Positions 1 through 10,107 of a stretch of 32,000 nucleotides of DNA are shown here, piece after piece. A model generated the notes under the pieces. That model was not told the DNA's origin and searched no databases. It saw nothing but the letters and a program-made list of their open reading frames with translations. The DNA is taken from positions 4,080,001-4,112,000 of the forward strand of contig NC_010628.1 of NCBI RefSeq assembly GCF_000020025.1, given 5' to 3'. Position 1 is the first letter of the stretch; each line of letters opens with the position of its first letter. Origin of the DNA: Nostoc punctiforme PCC 73102. GTDB lineage: Bacteria > Cyanobacteriota > Cyanobacteriia > Cyanobacteriales > Nostocaceae. The translations under genes and the position numbers were made by a program.

Positions 1-176
1 TAGGAACAATCACATAGAATTAGTTATCTATGTAAATAAACATAGTTAAATCCAAACTCTAGGTAAAAAATAGTCAGATAGCATCCTTTATTTGTTTTGG
101 CATTGCCAACTCAAGAAGGTATGCAAAGTTTTGTTAGCTATAAGTTGTAAATTTTTTATTTTGAATTATTAAAAAT

Positions 177-3100
177 ATGATTATCAGATTTTTACACCGT
201 TTACACAATAAAATTCTATATTTCTTACTTAGCGTTCTTGGCATACTTAGCGGTAGCCTGCGGCAAGCCGTTCGCGTAGCGTCTCGTAGAGAAGCGTCTA
301 CGTTAAAAAAAATTAGCCATTCCTCACGCCAGAAGAGAAGGATACAGTTTCTTCTTCTCTTTACATTCATGCTAGCAATGACAGGGTGTAATTTTTTTGG
401 TATCAACTCAAGTAAAGAACAACTGCCAGCAGTATCCCCACTTACACCACCAAAATTACCAGACTGGATTGAACAAATTAGTCCTATTGGCGATGCAAAA
501 CCTCTCAACCAAATTCGCATCCGTTTTAAAGAAGCTTTAATCCCAGTTGAAAGTCTTGATAGTCCGGAACAACAGAAAATATTAGAAAAATTTGCCCTTT
601 GGCCGCCTTTACCCGGTCAATTTCGCTTTTTAACACCGCGTATGGTGGGATTTCAAGCTGAGAAAGCATTGCCAATAGCGACAAGATTTCAAGTCACTCT
701 CAAAGCAGGTTTAGCTGATTTAAAAAATCATCGCCTAGATAAAGATTTACCTTGGACTTTCAATACCGAATCTATCAAACTGACTAATTTACCTGGTGTC
801 AATCCTATTGAGAAGGCTGATATTGAACCCATTGATTTACAAGAAAAGCTACAGTTTACTTCCAACGTAGAATTAAATTTAGCTTCCGTACAAGAAAAAT
901 TACAGTTAATTCCTGAAGGAAAAAATAAAGGTGTAGGCTTCAAAGTCGAATTAAATAAAGAAGAAAAACCAGTAAAAAATGAAGAAGACCCTTTAGAAAA
1001 ATTTGACCCTTCAGCCCGCAATTGGATTTATAATCTCATCCCACAGCAAAATCTCGAAAAGGCAACTCCTTATCGCCTAGTCTTTTCTCCCGGAATACGT
1101 CCTGCTTATGGCAATCTCCCTACAGAGAAAGAATTTGCCAGTAAGTTAGTAACTTATTCACCTTTAGCATTCCAGAAAATCAACTTTTACGGACAGCCAG
1201 ATTCAGGTGGAACTTTTGGAAGATTTATTAAAGGCAGTCCCCAACTAGAATTTAATAACGTTTTACTGCCAGATTCAGCTAAAGAAAGTATTACGATTAA
1301 TCCAGCACCAAAAGACATTTCGAGAATCATCCAAATAAATGATGAAGATAAAATTGTCGGCATCAATCCTTATGCACTAGAACCAGCTAAAACTTATACA
1401 ATTACTATTGGCGGAAATCTCAAAGATAAGTTTGGGCAAACTTTGGGTAAACCTGTAACACTTAAATATGATACTGGAGATTTAGCCGGGGATATCTGGG
1501 TGCCATCAGATTTGAATATTTTCCCCACAGATAAAAATTTACAGCTAAATATTACTACCGGAAATCTACCAGAATCTAAATATAAAGCAGCTTATCGAGC
1601 AGTTAAACCAACAGATTTAGTTTATTTTAATAATAGTAATGATTTATTACCACAACCTTCTGATTGGCAAAGCTTTAAGGTATCGGGTCAGAAAAACCAA
1701 TCAGTCGATATTGCTGTTCCTCTGCGGGAAAAAATAAGTGCAGCCACAGGAATGTTAGCTTATGGAGTGCAAGCCCGTACTAATAAATATCAGGAAAATG
1801 GAAAGGAACTGTGGCGAGAACCTACCACTTATGGCTTAGTTGAATTGACGAATTTGGGCGTATTTACTCAGTGGTTTCCTGATTCAGGCTTAATTCGCGT
1901 CAATCATCTGACAGATGGTTCGCCAGTTCAAGCGGCGGCTGTGGAAATTTATCAATCAAAATTACAAGCAAAATCTCGCCCCGAACCGATATCTTGTGCA
2001 ACGGGTAAAACTGATGAAAATGGAATTTTTAGAATTATTCGTGAAGGATTACAGGCATGTTATTCTGGCAATGAAAGTTCTAGTAAATCACCACAATTAT
2101 TAGTAATTGCCCGTGAAAATCAAGATTGGGCATTCGCTAGAACTGAAGAATATAGCGGCGTTTATGGCTACGGTATTGATGCAGGTTGGCAAGATAGTAA
2201 GCCAGAATCACGCGGGGTAATTTTCTCAGACAGACAGTTATATCAACCAGGTGAAAAAGCTTGGTTTACTGGTTTTGCTGGCTTCTTGCAAAATGGCAAA
2301 ATCCAACAAGATAAAAATGCCGTTTACCAATTGACTTTAGTAAATCCTGATGGACAAAAGACTAACTTAGGTACACAAACTACAAATGAATTTGGTACGT
2401 TTTCTCTAGAATTGCCAATTAAAACTACTCAGCGCTTAGGCTACCATACAATCCAGGCTAAGGGTAAAAATGGACAAGAACTTTCTGGTGAATTTCGGGT
2501 GGCTGAGTTTAAGCCACCGAACTTTAAAGTCGAACTGAACTTAGATAAAGAATTTGCTTATATAGACGATAAAGTTGATATTAATGCAACAAGCAACTAT
2601 TTATTTGGTGCGCCTGTAGAAGGTGGAGAAGTAAAATACTTTATTACTCGTCAACAAGCTAATTTTATTCCCAAAGGTTGGGACGAATTTACTTTTGGTC
2701 GGCAGTGGTTATGGCCAGAAGAATCTCCTAGTATCTCTAGTGATGTGTTGCAAAATAATACCCAACTAGATGCTAATGGGAAAAATAGTCAAACGGTAAG
2801 TGTGGCTAAAGATTTACCGTATCCCATGACTTACCAAGTAGATGTGCAAGTTGCAGATGTTTCTAATCTGTCTGTAGCGAATTCCAAAACTTTTATAGCC
2901 TTACCTAGTAATCGTCTAATTGGGTTAAAAAGTAATTTCATTACTGATGCTGGTAAGGCTTTTCCTATTGATGTAGTTGTTACCGACCCTACAGGAAAAC
3001 CGATAACAGGTCAACGAGTGCGCCTGGAATTACAAGAGATTAAATACAGTAGTGTCACTCAATTAGTTGAAGGTAGCCGAACGGCAAAAAATCAAGTTGA

Positions 3101-6047
3101 ATATAAAACAGTGGGACAAGTAGAAATTACATCTGCTAGCAATCCCCAATCGGTAAGTTTGACAGCACCGGAATCTGGTTCATACCGGATTAGAGTGAAT
3201 TTTAGTGATGCAAAAAATGAATTAAGTGCCACAGATTTACAAATTTGGGCAACTGGACAAAACCCAGTATTTTGGGGTTCTAAAGAAAAAGATGTCTTAG
3301 AACTAAAATTAGATAAACAAGAGTTTAAACCTGGTGAAACTGCTACTGTACTAATTCAATCTCCCTATCCAGATGCAGAATTGTACTTTGCGGTGATTAA
3401 AGACAAACCCCTTTATCAGCAAATTACCAAGGTTCAAGGAAGCGCACCACAAATTCAGTTTCAAGTTACACCAGAAATGCTACCAAATGCAGCCATTGAA
3501 GCTGTATTAGTAAGACAAGGTAAACCCATCAGCCAAGTGGAAGTAGGAACTTTAGATAACTTGGTGAAGATTGGTTTTACACCTTTTAAAGTTAACTTAG
3601 AAGATAAGTATTTAAAACTGCAAGTTAAGCCAGTGCAAGCATCATTAGAACCTGGTGCAGAAGAAACAGTACAACTAGAACTGAAGGATAATCAAGGTAA
3701 TCCCACCAAAGGACAGTTTACAGTCATGGTGGTAAATGAAGCGGTGTTACAACTTTCTGGTTATCGTCCGCCAGATTTGGTGGATACAGTTTATGCAGAA
3801 CAGACAATATCTACCCGCTTTAACGATAATCGCGCGGATGTCATCTTACAACCGCAAGATGTAGCTAAACCAAAAGGTTGGGGTTATGGTGGTGGTTTCT
3901 CAACTGGTGCAGCGAATACTCGCACTCGCACCGATTTTAAAGCCTTAGCTTACTACAACGCTTCTGTTCTCACTGATGCAAATGGTAATGCACAGATAAC
4001 CTTTAAACTCCCGGATGACTTAACTACATGGCGGGTGATGGCTGTAGCCACCGATGGAAATCTGCGTTTCGGCAATGGGGACGCGACGTTTATCACCACA
4101 AAACCACTGCTAACTAATGCCATCTTGCCACAGTTTGCCCGTCCAGGCGATCGCATTCTCGCTGGTTTATCCGTCACCAACAACACCGGAAATACAGGAA
4201 ATCTCTCAATTAATGGCGAACTTAGCGGTACTGTGAAGTTTGCTGACAAAAACCCCACAACTACTGCTTTGCAAACCAAAGCTGAATCTGCAACCCATGC
4301 TTATCGCTTTCCAATGGTGGCGGATAGCGTCGGAGTTGGTAAGGTTCGCTTTACCACTCAGCTAAATGGTACAGCCGCAGATGCTTTTGAATTACCTTTG
4401 GAAATTAAGCCAGTTGAAATTACAGAACAAGTCGTTGAAACTGGTGTCACTGAAAAACAGGTGAAAATTCCCCTGAATGTTGATAAAAATACCTTCCCTG
4501 ATGCGGGAGGTTTAGATATTCAGTTAGCGAGTACTTTGATACCGGAGATTCAAGCACCAGCAAAGCAGGTTTTAAAAGATAATGATTTGCCGTTTACAGA
4601 ACCTGCTGCAAGTCAATTAATGATTGCGGCTAATTTGCAAACTATCTCCCAAAAATATGGTCCAACTTTTGCAGAATTTAATCCTAGCCAACAAGCTAAT
4701 TTAGCAATCGAACAATTACAAAAACTTCAAATAGCCGATGGTGGTTTTGCTGCTTTCCCCGGACAAGAAAAATCTGACCCTTGGGTTTCTGCTTATGCGG
4801 GTGAATCTTTGGCTAAAGCTAGTAAGGTATTCCCTAATTTAGTCGATTCTGGAATGCTATCTCGCCTCAAAACTTATCTGCAAAAAGTTCTAGCGAATCC
4901 TGGAGAATACGATTTTTGCAAACAACTACTCTGTAAAAGGCAACTGCAAATTAATAGTTTAATCGCTTTATCAGATTTAGGAGATAAACGCAATACTTTT
5001 CTTGCAGATATTTATGAACAGCGCAATAATTTTGATTTAGTAACTCAAATTAAACTAGCGCGATATTTATCTCAATTCCCAGAATGGCAAGATGAATCTC
5101 AACAATTAGTCAACAAGCTGCAACAGAATATCTATGAAACTGGCCGCACAGCAGTTGTGAGTTTACCCAGCAGTTGGGGATGGATGAGTTCATCTACGAC
5201 GACGCAAGCGCAAGCTTTACGCTTATTTATTGCCAAGCAAAGCAAACCCGAAGTTATAGATAAGTTATTCCAAAGCCTTCTCGCACTGCGCCGGGATGGT
5301 ACATGGCAAACTAACTATAATAATGCCCAAGCACTAACAGCTTTGGTAGATTATAGTCAACTGCAACCCACACCGCCGAATTTTGTTGCCACTGTGCAAT
5401 TAGCTGGTAATAAGTTAGGAGAGAATCGCTTTGAAGGTTACAAAAATCCTAGCTTACAACTAATTGTGCCAATGAATCTATTACCTCGTGGGCGTAATGA
5501 TTTAACGCTGCAAAAAGCAGGTAATGGCACTTTACACTATCTGGTTGCTTATAATTATCGCTTGCAAGGAAATCAACAAGGCAGGTTTAACGGTTTACGC
5601 ATAACACGAGAAATTAGTCAAGTAAATGAAGAGAAAGTTTTACAAAAAACAGGTATTTATGCTTTCGATAAACCCTTGACTTTAACTTCTGGACAGGTGT
5701 TTGATATTGGTTTAGAAATCATCGCCGATCGCCCCGCGGATCATATAGTAATTAAAGATCCTTTACCAGCAGGCTTTGAGGCGGTAGATGCAAGTTTTCA
5801 AACTACCACAGCTGCATTACAAGCAAAAGCCGATAATTGGGAACTTGGCTTTAGAAATATCTACCGCGATCGCATTATCGCCTATGCCGACCACCTGGAA
5901 CCAGGAGTTTATAGTCTGCATTACCTAGTCCGTTCTGTCACCCCTGGTACCTTTTCCTGGCCTGGTGCAGAAGTTCACCTACAATATGCACCAGAAGAAT
6001 TTGGGCGTACTGCTGAGTCTACATTGATATTGGAGGATGCGAAGTAG
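177..6047 (+). CDS. Alpha-2-macroglobulin family lipoprotein (bacterial A2M, YfaS-like, apparently thioester-less)
   Basis: 1956-aa ORF. Lipobox-like LAMTGC follows a basic/hydrophobic stretch. LPDDLTTWRVMAVA motif is typical of A2M/complement MG domains. Where the CxEQ thioester is expected the sequence reads PFTEPAASQLMIAAN, with no Cys. Start is uncertain: ATG at 177 leaves ~70 aa ahead of the lipobox, and I see no other canonical in-frame start between them. Confidence 0.85.
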   Translation: MIIRFLHRLHNKILYFLLSVLGILSGSLRQAVRVASRREASTLKKISHSSRQKRRIQFLLLFTFMLAMTGCNFFGINSSKEQLPAVSPLTPPKLPDWIEQISPIGDAKPLNQIRIRFKEALIPVESLDSPEQQKILEKFALWPPLPGQFRFLTPRMVGFQAEKALPIATRFQVTLKAGLADLKNHRLDKDLPWTFNTESIKLTNLPGVNPIEKADIEPIDLQEKLQFTSNVELNLASVQEKLQLIPEGKNKGVGFKVELNKEEKPVKNEEDPLEKFDPSARNWIYNLIPQQNLEKATPYRLVFSPGIRPAYGNLPTEKEFASKLVTYSPLAFQKINFYGQPDSGGTFGRFIKGSPQLEFNNVLLPDSAKESITINPAPKDISRIIQINDEDKIVGINPYALEPAKTYTITIGGNLKDKFGQTLGKPVTLKYDTGDLAGDIWVPSDLNIFPTDKNLQLNITTGNLPESKYKAAYRAVKPTDLVYFNNSNDLLPQPSDWQSFKVSGQKNQSVDIAVPLREKISAATGMLAYGVQARTNKYQENGKELWREPTTYGLVELTNLGVFTQWFPDSGLIRVNHLTDGSPVQAAAVEIYQSKLQAKSRPEPISCATGKTDENGIFRIIREGLQACYSGNESSSKSPQLLVIARENQDWAFARTEEYSGVYGYGIDAGWQDSKPESRGVIFSDRQLYQPGEKAWFTGFAGFLQNGKIQQDKNAVYQLTLVNPDGQKTNLGTQTTNEFGTFSLELPIKTTQRLGYHTIQAKGKNGQELSGEFRVAEFKPPNFKVELNLDKEFAYIDDKVDINATSNYLFGAPVEGGEVKYFITRQQANFIPKGWDEFTFGRQWLWPEESPSISSDVLQNNTQLDANGKNSQTVSVAKDLPYPMTYQVDVQVADVSNLSVANSKTFIALPSNRLIGLKSNFITDAGKAFPIDVVVTDPTGKPITGQRVRLELQEIKYSSVTQLVEGSRTAKNQVEYKTVGQVEITSASNPQSVSLTAPESGSYRIRVNFSDAKNELSATDLQIWATGQNPVFWGSKEKDVLELKLDKQEFKPGETATVLIQSPYPDAELYFAVIKDKPLYQQITKVQGSAPQIQFQVTPEMLPNAAIEAVLVRQGKPISQVEVGTLDNLVKIGFTPFKVNLEDKYLKLQVKPVQASLEPGAEETVQLELKDNQGNPTKGQFTVMVVNEAVLQLSGYRPPDLVDTVYAEQTISTRFNDNRADVILQPQDVAKPKGWGYGGGFSTGAANTRTRTDFKALAYYNASVLTDANGNAQITFKLPDDLTTWRVMAVATDGNLRFGNGDATFITTKPLLTNAILPQFARPGDRILAGLSVTNNTGNTGNLSINGELSGTVKFADKNPTTTALQTKAESATHAYRFPMVADSVGVGKVRFTTQLNGTAADAFELPLEIKPVEITEQVVETGVTEKQVKIPLNVDKNTFPDAGGLDIQLASTLIPEIQAPAKQVLKDNDLPFTEPAASQLMIAANLQTISQKYGPTFAEFNPSQQANLAIEQLQKLQIADGGFAAFPGQEKSDPWVSAYAGESLAKASKVFPNLVDSGMLSRLKTYLQKVLANPGEYDFCKQLLCKRQLQINSLIALSDLGDKRNTFLADIYEQRNNFDLVTQIKLARYLSQFPEWQDESQQLVNKLQQNIYETGRTAVVSLPSSWGWMSSSTTTQAQALRLFIAKQSKPEVIDKLFQSLLALRRDGTWQTNYNNAQALTALVDYSQLQPTPPNFVATVQLAGNKLGENRFEGYKNPSLQLIVPMNLLPRGRNDLTLQKAGNGTLHYLVAYNYRLQGNQQGRFNGLRITREISQVNEEKVLQKTGIYAFDKPLTLTSGQVFDIGLEIIADRPADHIVIKDPLPAGFEAVDASFQTTTAALQAKADNWELGFRNIYRDRIIAYADHLEPGVYSLHYLVRSVTPGTFSWPGAEVHLQYAPEEFGRTAESTLILEDAK

Positions 6048-6059
6048 TAAGTATGAGAA

Positions 6060-6093
6060 TGCCTAGGTTGAGCTACGCCTAGGCACAACTTTT
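6060..6093. terminator. Hairpin between convergent genes (candidate bidirectional terminator)
   Basis: TGCCTAGG (6060..6067) pairs with CCTAGGCA (6078..6085) across a 10-nt loop, followed by CAACTTTT. It lies 13 nt after the A2M stop and before the 3' end of the minus-strand 86-aa ORF. Confidence 0.45.
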
Positions 6094-6164
6094 ACTGCAA
6101 TTAAGTACAATCAAATGTTGTCGTTATTTACTGGAAACCACAATTGCCTGGAATGGGATTAATT

Positions 6165-6425
6165 TCAGGATTTCTCTGAGGGTTCCTCATCAATGAACAA
6201 TGCTTTCTTACTACGCTTCAACTGTTTCCAAAGTGCTTTAATTTGTTTGTAAGCATCTTCTGGCTCAATCTTTCCAGATGTTTCTAGATTGGTAATGTAG
6301 CCAACTTTTTGAGCAAATTCTTGAAGGTTGGCATTAAATACTAAATTCTCTGGCTTAACTTGACCGTAATAGCGACTACGAGGGTAAAGAAATTTGTTTT
6401 TGTCGTCAAGATTAGTCTCGTCCAT
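6165..6425 (-). CDS. Small hypothetical protein (86 aa)
   Basis: ATG-initiated ORF convergent with the A2M gene. Composition looks coding (charged C-terminus, no repeat content). No family recognised by eye. Confidence 0.5.
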   Translation of the reverse strand: MDETNLDDKNKFLYPRSRYYGQVKPENLVFNANLQEFAQKVGYITNLETSGKIEPEDAYKQIKALWKQLKRSKKALFIDEEPSEKS

Positions 6426-6691
6426 TATTTCACCCCCAATAAGTGACTTTTACCAACGATAATCACAACAAAGATGGCTTCAATGAAGAAATTGCCGCGA
6501 TTATTGTGAACGATGAGCCAGTCTAAAAGGGAACACAAAATTAAGTATACAGCAAGTAGCTATTTATTAGCTGTGATTATAGTAAGCTTTTCCAATCATG
6601 GACATTAAGTGTAGACTATACCAGGTTCTGTTAATAGCATTGCAATCAGTGGGTCTAGATTAAGCATTTTTCCCTTCTCTCTGTGTCCTCT

Positions 6692-6836
6692 GGGTTAACC
6701 CTCAATACTTCTAGCTTTGTGCATTTTTAACTCGGAATCGGGTTTAGGGGAAAGGGTACTGGGTTTGGGTTAAAGGTTTTTCTTTCCCTTTTACCTTCCC
6801 CTTTTCCCCAAAACCCGAGAAGTATTGGGTTAACCC
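6692..6836. repeat. MITE-like long hairpin element
   Basis: Terminal inverted repeats GGGTTAACCCTCAATACTTCT (6692..6712) and AGAAGTATTGGGTTAACCC (6818..6836). Interior arms are also complementary: CGGGTTT 6739..6745 with AAACCCG 6811..6817, and GGGGAAAGGG 6747..6756 with CCCCTTTTCCCC 6798..6809. Intergenic. Confidence 0.55.
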
Positions 6837-6892
6837 TAACTGAACCGTATTAGGATTTAGCTGGCACATTTTCAGATATTATACAAATCTTA

Positions 6893-8101
6893 TTATTTTA
6901 CAACTACCCATTGCGTTACAGGTGCCATTGCCCGCCAGCCCAAAAATTTACCAATAGGTTCCGTCCGTTGAATGGCAACACGAGTTAAATCGCCACCGAC
7001 TCGTTCATGCCATTGAAATAAAGTTTGCTCGCCCTCTACCGTCACCACATTTGCTACCAAACGCCCACCCGGACGCAGTGCTTCCCAGCAAACATCAAAA
7101 AGTCCTGTTGCTGTCACCCCACCACCAATAAAAATAGCATCTGGTGCTGGCAAATCTTTCAGTGCATGGGGCGCTTTACCTTCAATGATTTGCACATTTG
7201 GAGTACCGAGAGTGGCGGCATTATCGGCAATATAAAGTAGTCTAGAAGAATTTTGTTCGATCGCGATCGCTCGACATCGAGCATTACTCCGCATCCATTC
7301 GATAGAAATTGAACCGCAACCCGCGCCAACATCCCACAACAATTGTCCCGGTGTGGGTGCTAAAGCTGCTAGGGTGATTGCCCTAACCTCACGCTTCGTT
7401 AACTGTCCATCGTGGTGATAAGCGTTATCTGGTAGCCCTGGTAATCTTGGTAATGGGATAACCCCAGCATCAGCAATACAATAAACTGCGATCGCATTCA
7501 AAGCCGCAACTTCAGTTTCACTCCAAGATGCAGCCGTACCTTCCACAATTCTTTCATGAGTACCGCCCATACGCTCCAAGACGGTAATTTCGCTGCCACC
7601 ATAGCCGCGATTTGTCAAAATTTTCGCAACAATGGCGGGTGTGTCCTTCCCTCCACTCAAAATCAACAACCGTGCTTTTGGGTAAATGTAAGACTGGAGT
7701 AGGGAGGATGGACGACCATTCAAACTCAAGGTTTCCACCTCAGTTAAAGACCATCCCATCCTGGCACAGGCGAGGCTGAAAGCTGAAGGTGCGGGGATAA
7801 TCGTCATTTCAGAAACGGGAATTCGCCGCATTAAGGTGACACCAATGCCGTAACACATCGGATCGCCGCTTGCGAGTACGCAGATTGACTGACCGCGACG
7901 CTGAATGATTTCGTCTACAGAAATGCTAATGGGGGATGTCCAGACTATTTTTTCACGTTGATCGTCTGTAGGGAGCATTGCTAAATGGCGATCGCCTCCG
8001 ACAATTACTTTAGCTCGATCGACTAGAGAACGAGCGATAGCACTTAACCCCTGTAATCCATCTTCCCCAATGCCCACGATAGAAAGCCATTTCTCTGTCA
8101 T
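6893..8101 (-). CDS. cobL: Precorrin-6Y C5,15-methyltransferase (decarboxylating), CbiE/CbiT fusion
   Basis: 402 aa. N-terminal tetrapyrrole methylase half (LSIVGIGEDG...GDPMCYGIG). C-terminal CbiT-type SAM methyltransferase half (TKREVRAITLAAL...LWDVGAGCGSISIEW). Confidence 0.9.
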   Translation of the reverse strand: MTEKWLSIVGIGEDGLQGLSAIARSLVDRAKVIVGGDRHLAMLPTDDQREKIVWTSPISISVDEIIQRRGQSICVLASGDPMCYGIGVTLMRRIPVSEMTIIPAPSAFSLACARMGWSLTEVETLSLNGRPSSLLQSYIYPKARLLILSGGKDTPAIVAKILTNRGYGGSEITVLERMGGTHERIVEGTAASWSETEVAALNAIAVYCIADAGVIPLPRLPGLPDNAYHHDGQLTKREVRAITLAALAPTPGQLLWDVGAGCGSISIEWMRSNARCRAIAIEQNSSRLLYIADNAATLGTPNVQIIEGKAPHALKDLPAPDAIFIGGGVTATGLFDVCWEALRPGGRLVANVVTVEGEQTLFQWHERVGGDLTRVAIQRTEPIGKFLGWRAMAPVTQWVVVK

Positions 8102-8206
8102 GCTAATTCATGATTAATAATTAAGATTTGACGCTAATTCTAATTCTGAATTATTCCGTCAATTTTGGTAGGATATAGTTCATAGTGCTGGATTGAGGAT
8201 AACAGG

Positions 8207-8428
8207 ATGAACTCGCTCCCAGAAATAGAAGCTGCTATTATGCAACTGTCTGAAGGTGAAATGCGGGATTTATCAAACTGGCTTCAAGAATATCTCAATG
8301 ATGCTTGGGATAAGCAAATTGAAACAGATACAAAATTGGGTCAATTGGATCGGTTAATCCAGCGTGCAAAAGCAGATATTAAAGCTAATCGGGTGAAACC
8401 GTTAGATGAAATCCTTAACAACCCCTGA
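8207..8428 (+). CDS. Putative type II antitoxin (addiction-module component)
   Basis: 73-aa ORF whose 3' end overlaps the ATG of a ParE-like toxin reading frame by 23 nt. N-terminal IEAAIMQLSEGEMRDLSNWL resembles addiction-module antitoxin helices. Confidence 0.55.
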   Translation: MNSLPEIEAAIMQLSEGEMRDLSNWLQEYLNDAWDKQIETDTKLGQLDRLIQRAKADIKANRVKPLDEILNNP

Positions 8429-8660
8429 TTTTTGACGCTCTTATGCTGTACTTTCACCTGAAGTTAAAGAGCAAGCTAGAAAGGCGTATCCTCTTTGGAT
8501 TAATAATCAATTTCATCCGTCTTTGCATTTTAAAAAAGTAGGAAATGATTTGCGATCAGTCAGGATTAGTGGTGGATCTCGCGCACTAGCACTTAAGAAC
8601 GGCGAGGATTATTACTGCATCTGGATTGGGCTACATGATGAGTATGAGGCGCTGATTTAA
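8406..8660 (+). pseudogene. ParE-like/RelE-superfamily toxin gene interrupted by an in-frame TGA at codon 10
   Basis: Hand translation from ATG 8406: MKSLTTPDF-TGA(8433..8435)-RSYAVLSPEVKEQARKAYPLWINNQFHPSLHFKKVGNDLRSVRISGGSRALALKNGEDYYCIWIGLHDEYEALI, stop 8658..8660. The HPSLHFKKV and WIGxHDEYE motifs fit the ParE-like toxin family as I recall it. Missing from the ORF track because no start codon follows the TGA. Confidence 0.6.
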
Positions 8661-8760
8661 TAAGAATATTGCTGCTTTATTCTTTAACTGATTTTGTAAC
8701 TTTCTCGACAATTACAAATGGAGATGGGGAGATGAGGAGATAGGGAAAATAATAACTCCT

Positions 8761-8781
8761 CAGTCCCCAGTCCCCAGTCCC
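8761..8781. repeat. STRR heptamer repeat (CAGTCCC x3, a permutation of CCCCAGT)
   Basis: Three perfect tandem 7-mers immediately downstream of the ispH stop. The CCCCAGT class is the classical STRR of heterocystous cyanobacteria. Confidence 0.7.
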
Positions 8782-8783
8782 TT

Positions 8784-9992
8784 TTATACCAGCGCTGCTG
8801 TTGCTTTCACAGCAAAAATCTTCTCAATCACATCTTCTACCACCTTATCTGGTGTAGAAGCACCAGAAGTAATTCCCACGACAATTTCACCGTCTGGCAA
8901 CCAGTTTTCTGTAGTTATTAATTGCCCATTTAATTGTCGATGTTCTATAGAATCTCCTGATTTAATCCGTTCAACAGTATCAATGTGATAAGAGGGAATT
9001 CTCCGCTCAAAAGCAATTTGTTGTAATTGAGTAGTATTTGATGAATTAAATCCACCAATTACTACCATTAAATTTAAGTTATGCTCCACTAATTCCAACA
9101 TTGCATCTTGCCGTTCTTGGGTGGCATCACAGATGGTATTGAAGCTTTGAAAATGCTGATTTAACTCGATAGGACTATACTTCTGCAACATAGTCCGCTC
9201 AAAAAGTTTCCCGATTTGCTCAGTTTCGTCTTTAAGCATCGTAGTCTGGTTAGCAATGCCAACTCTTTCTAAATCACGATCGGGGTCAAATCCTGCTGAA
9301 CAAGCTTTAGCAAATTTTGTCAGAAATTCTTCACGATTTCCACCATTGATAATATAGTCAGCAACATATTGCGCTTCTTGCAAGTTCAACACAATCAAAT
9401 ACTTGCCAGCAAATGAACTAGTAGCGACTGTTTCTTCGTGCTTATATTTACCGTGAATTATTGATGTATAATCTATTTTTTTGTGCTTTTCTACTGTATT
9501 CCAAACTTTAGATACCCAAGGGCAAGTTGTATCAACAATTTTGCAGCCTTTATCGTGAAGGATCTGCATTTCTTGAACGCTAGCCCCAAAAGCGGGCAAT
9601 ATCACTACATCACCAGTGCCAACAACAGAAAAGTCTTTATTCTTTCCTTCAATGGGGATGAATTCTACTTCCATCTCCTGCATTCGCTGATTTACAGAAG
9701 GGTTGTGGATAATCTCGTTAGTAATCCAGATGTGTTCTGTGGGGAAGTGCTGACGGGTTTCGTAAGCCATGGCCACAGCCCTTTCTACACCCCAGCAAAA
9801 CCCAAAGGCTTGTGCCAGTCGGATCGTCACATCACCCCGTTGCAGAATGTAATTGCGATCGCGGATTTCTTGAATCAAATTACTCTGATACTCAGACTGC
9901 AACTGGGTGGCAACTTCTGCTTGATGACCAAACCCTTTGCGATTGTAATTTTCGGAATGTTGCAGGCTGCGCTTAAAAGCTTTTGTATCCAT
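8784..9992 (-). CDS. ispH: 4-hydroxy-3-methylbut-2-enyl diphosphate reductase (long cyanobacterial form)
   Basis: 402 aa. [26 protein letters not shown] and NQTTM motifs are typical of IspH/LytB, with the cyanobacterial N-terminal extension. Confidence 0.92.
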   Translation of the reverse strand: MDTKAFKRSLQHSENYNRKGFGHQAEVATQLQSEYQSNLIQEIRDRNYILQRGDVTIRLAQAFGFCWGVERAVAMAYETRQHFPTEHIWITNEIIHNPSVNQRMQEMEVEFIPIEGKNKDFSVVGTGDVVILPAFGASVQEMQILHDKGCKIVDTTCPWVSKVWNTVEKHKKIDYTSIIHGKYKHEETVATSSFAGKYLIVLNLQEAQYVADYIINGGNREEFLTKFAKACSAGFDPDRDLERVGIANQTTMLKDETEQIGKLFERTMLQKYSPIELNQHFQSFNTICDATQERQDAMLELVEHNLNLMVVIGGFNSSNTTQLQQIAFERRIPSYHIDTVERIKSGDSIEHRQLNGQLITTENWLPDGEIVVGITSGASTPDKVVEDVIEKIFAVKATAALV

Positions 9993-10107
9993 TAGATTTG
10001 TCTATTTCAACCACTATTTTTTATTTTCTCGCGCCAAGCCGCGATTTATACAGAGTTGTATTCAAAAATATTATCAGAGAGGGGAAAGGGAAAAGGATTT
10101 AATGCCT

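Noticed and set aside
134-4279. Track ORFs inside or antisense to the A2M gene (134..520 -, 728..1021 -, 1915..2103 +, 3953..4279 -)
   Set aside because: They are fully embedded in a 1956-aa ORF with clear family motifs, have low-complexity or odd composition, and show no independent start or RBS context.
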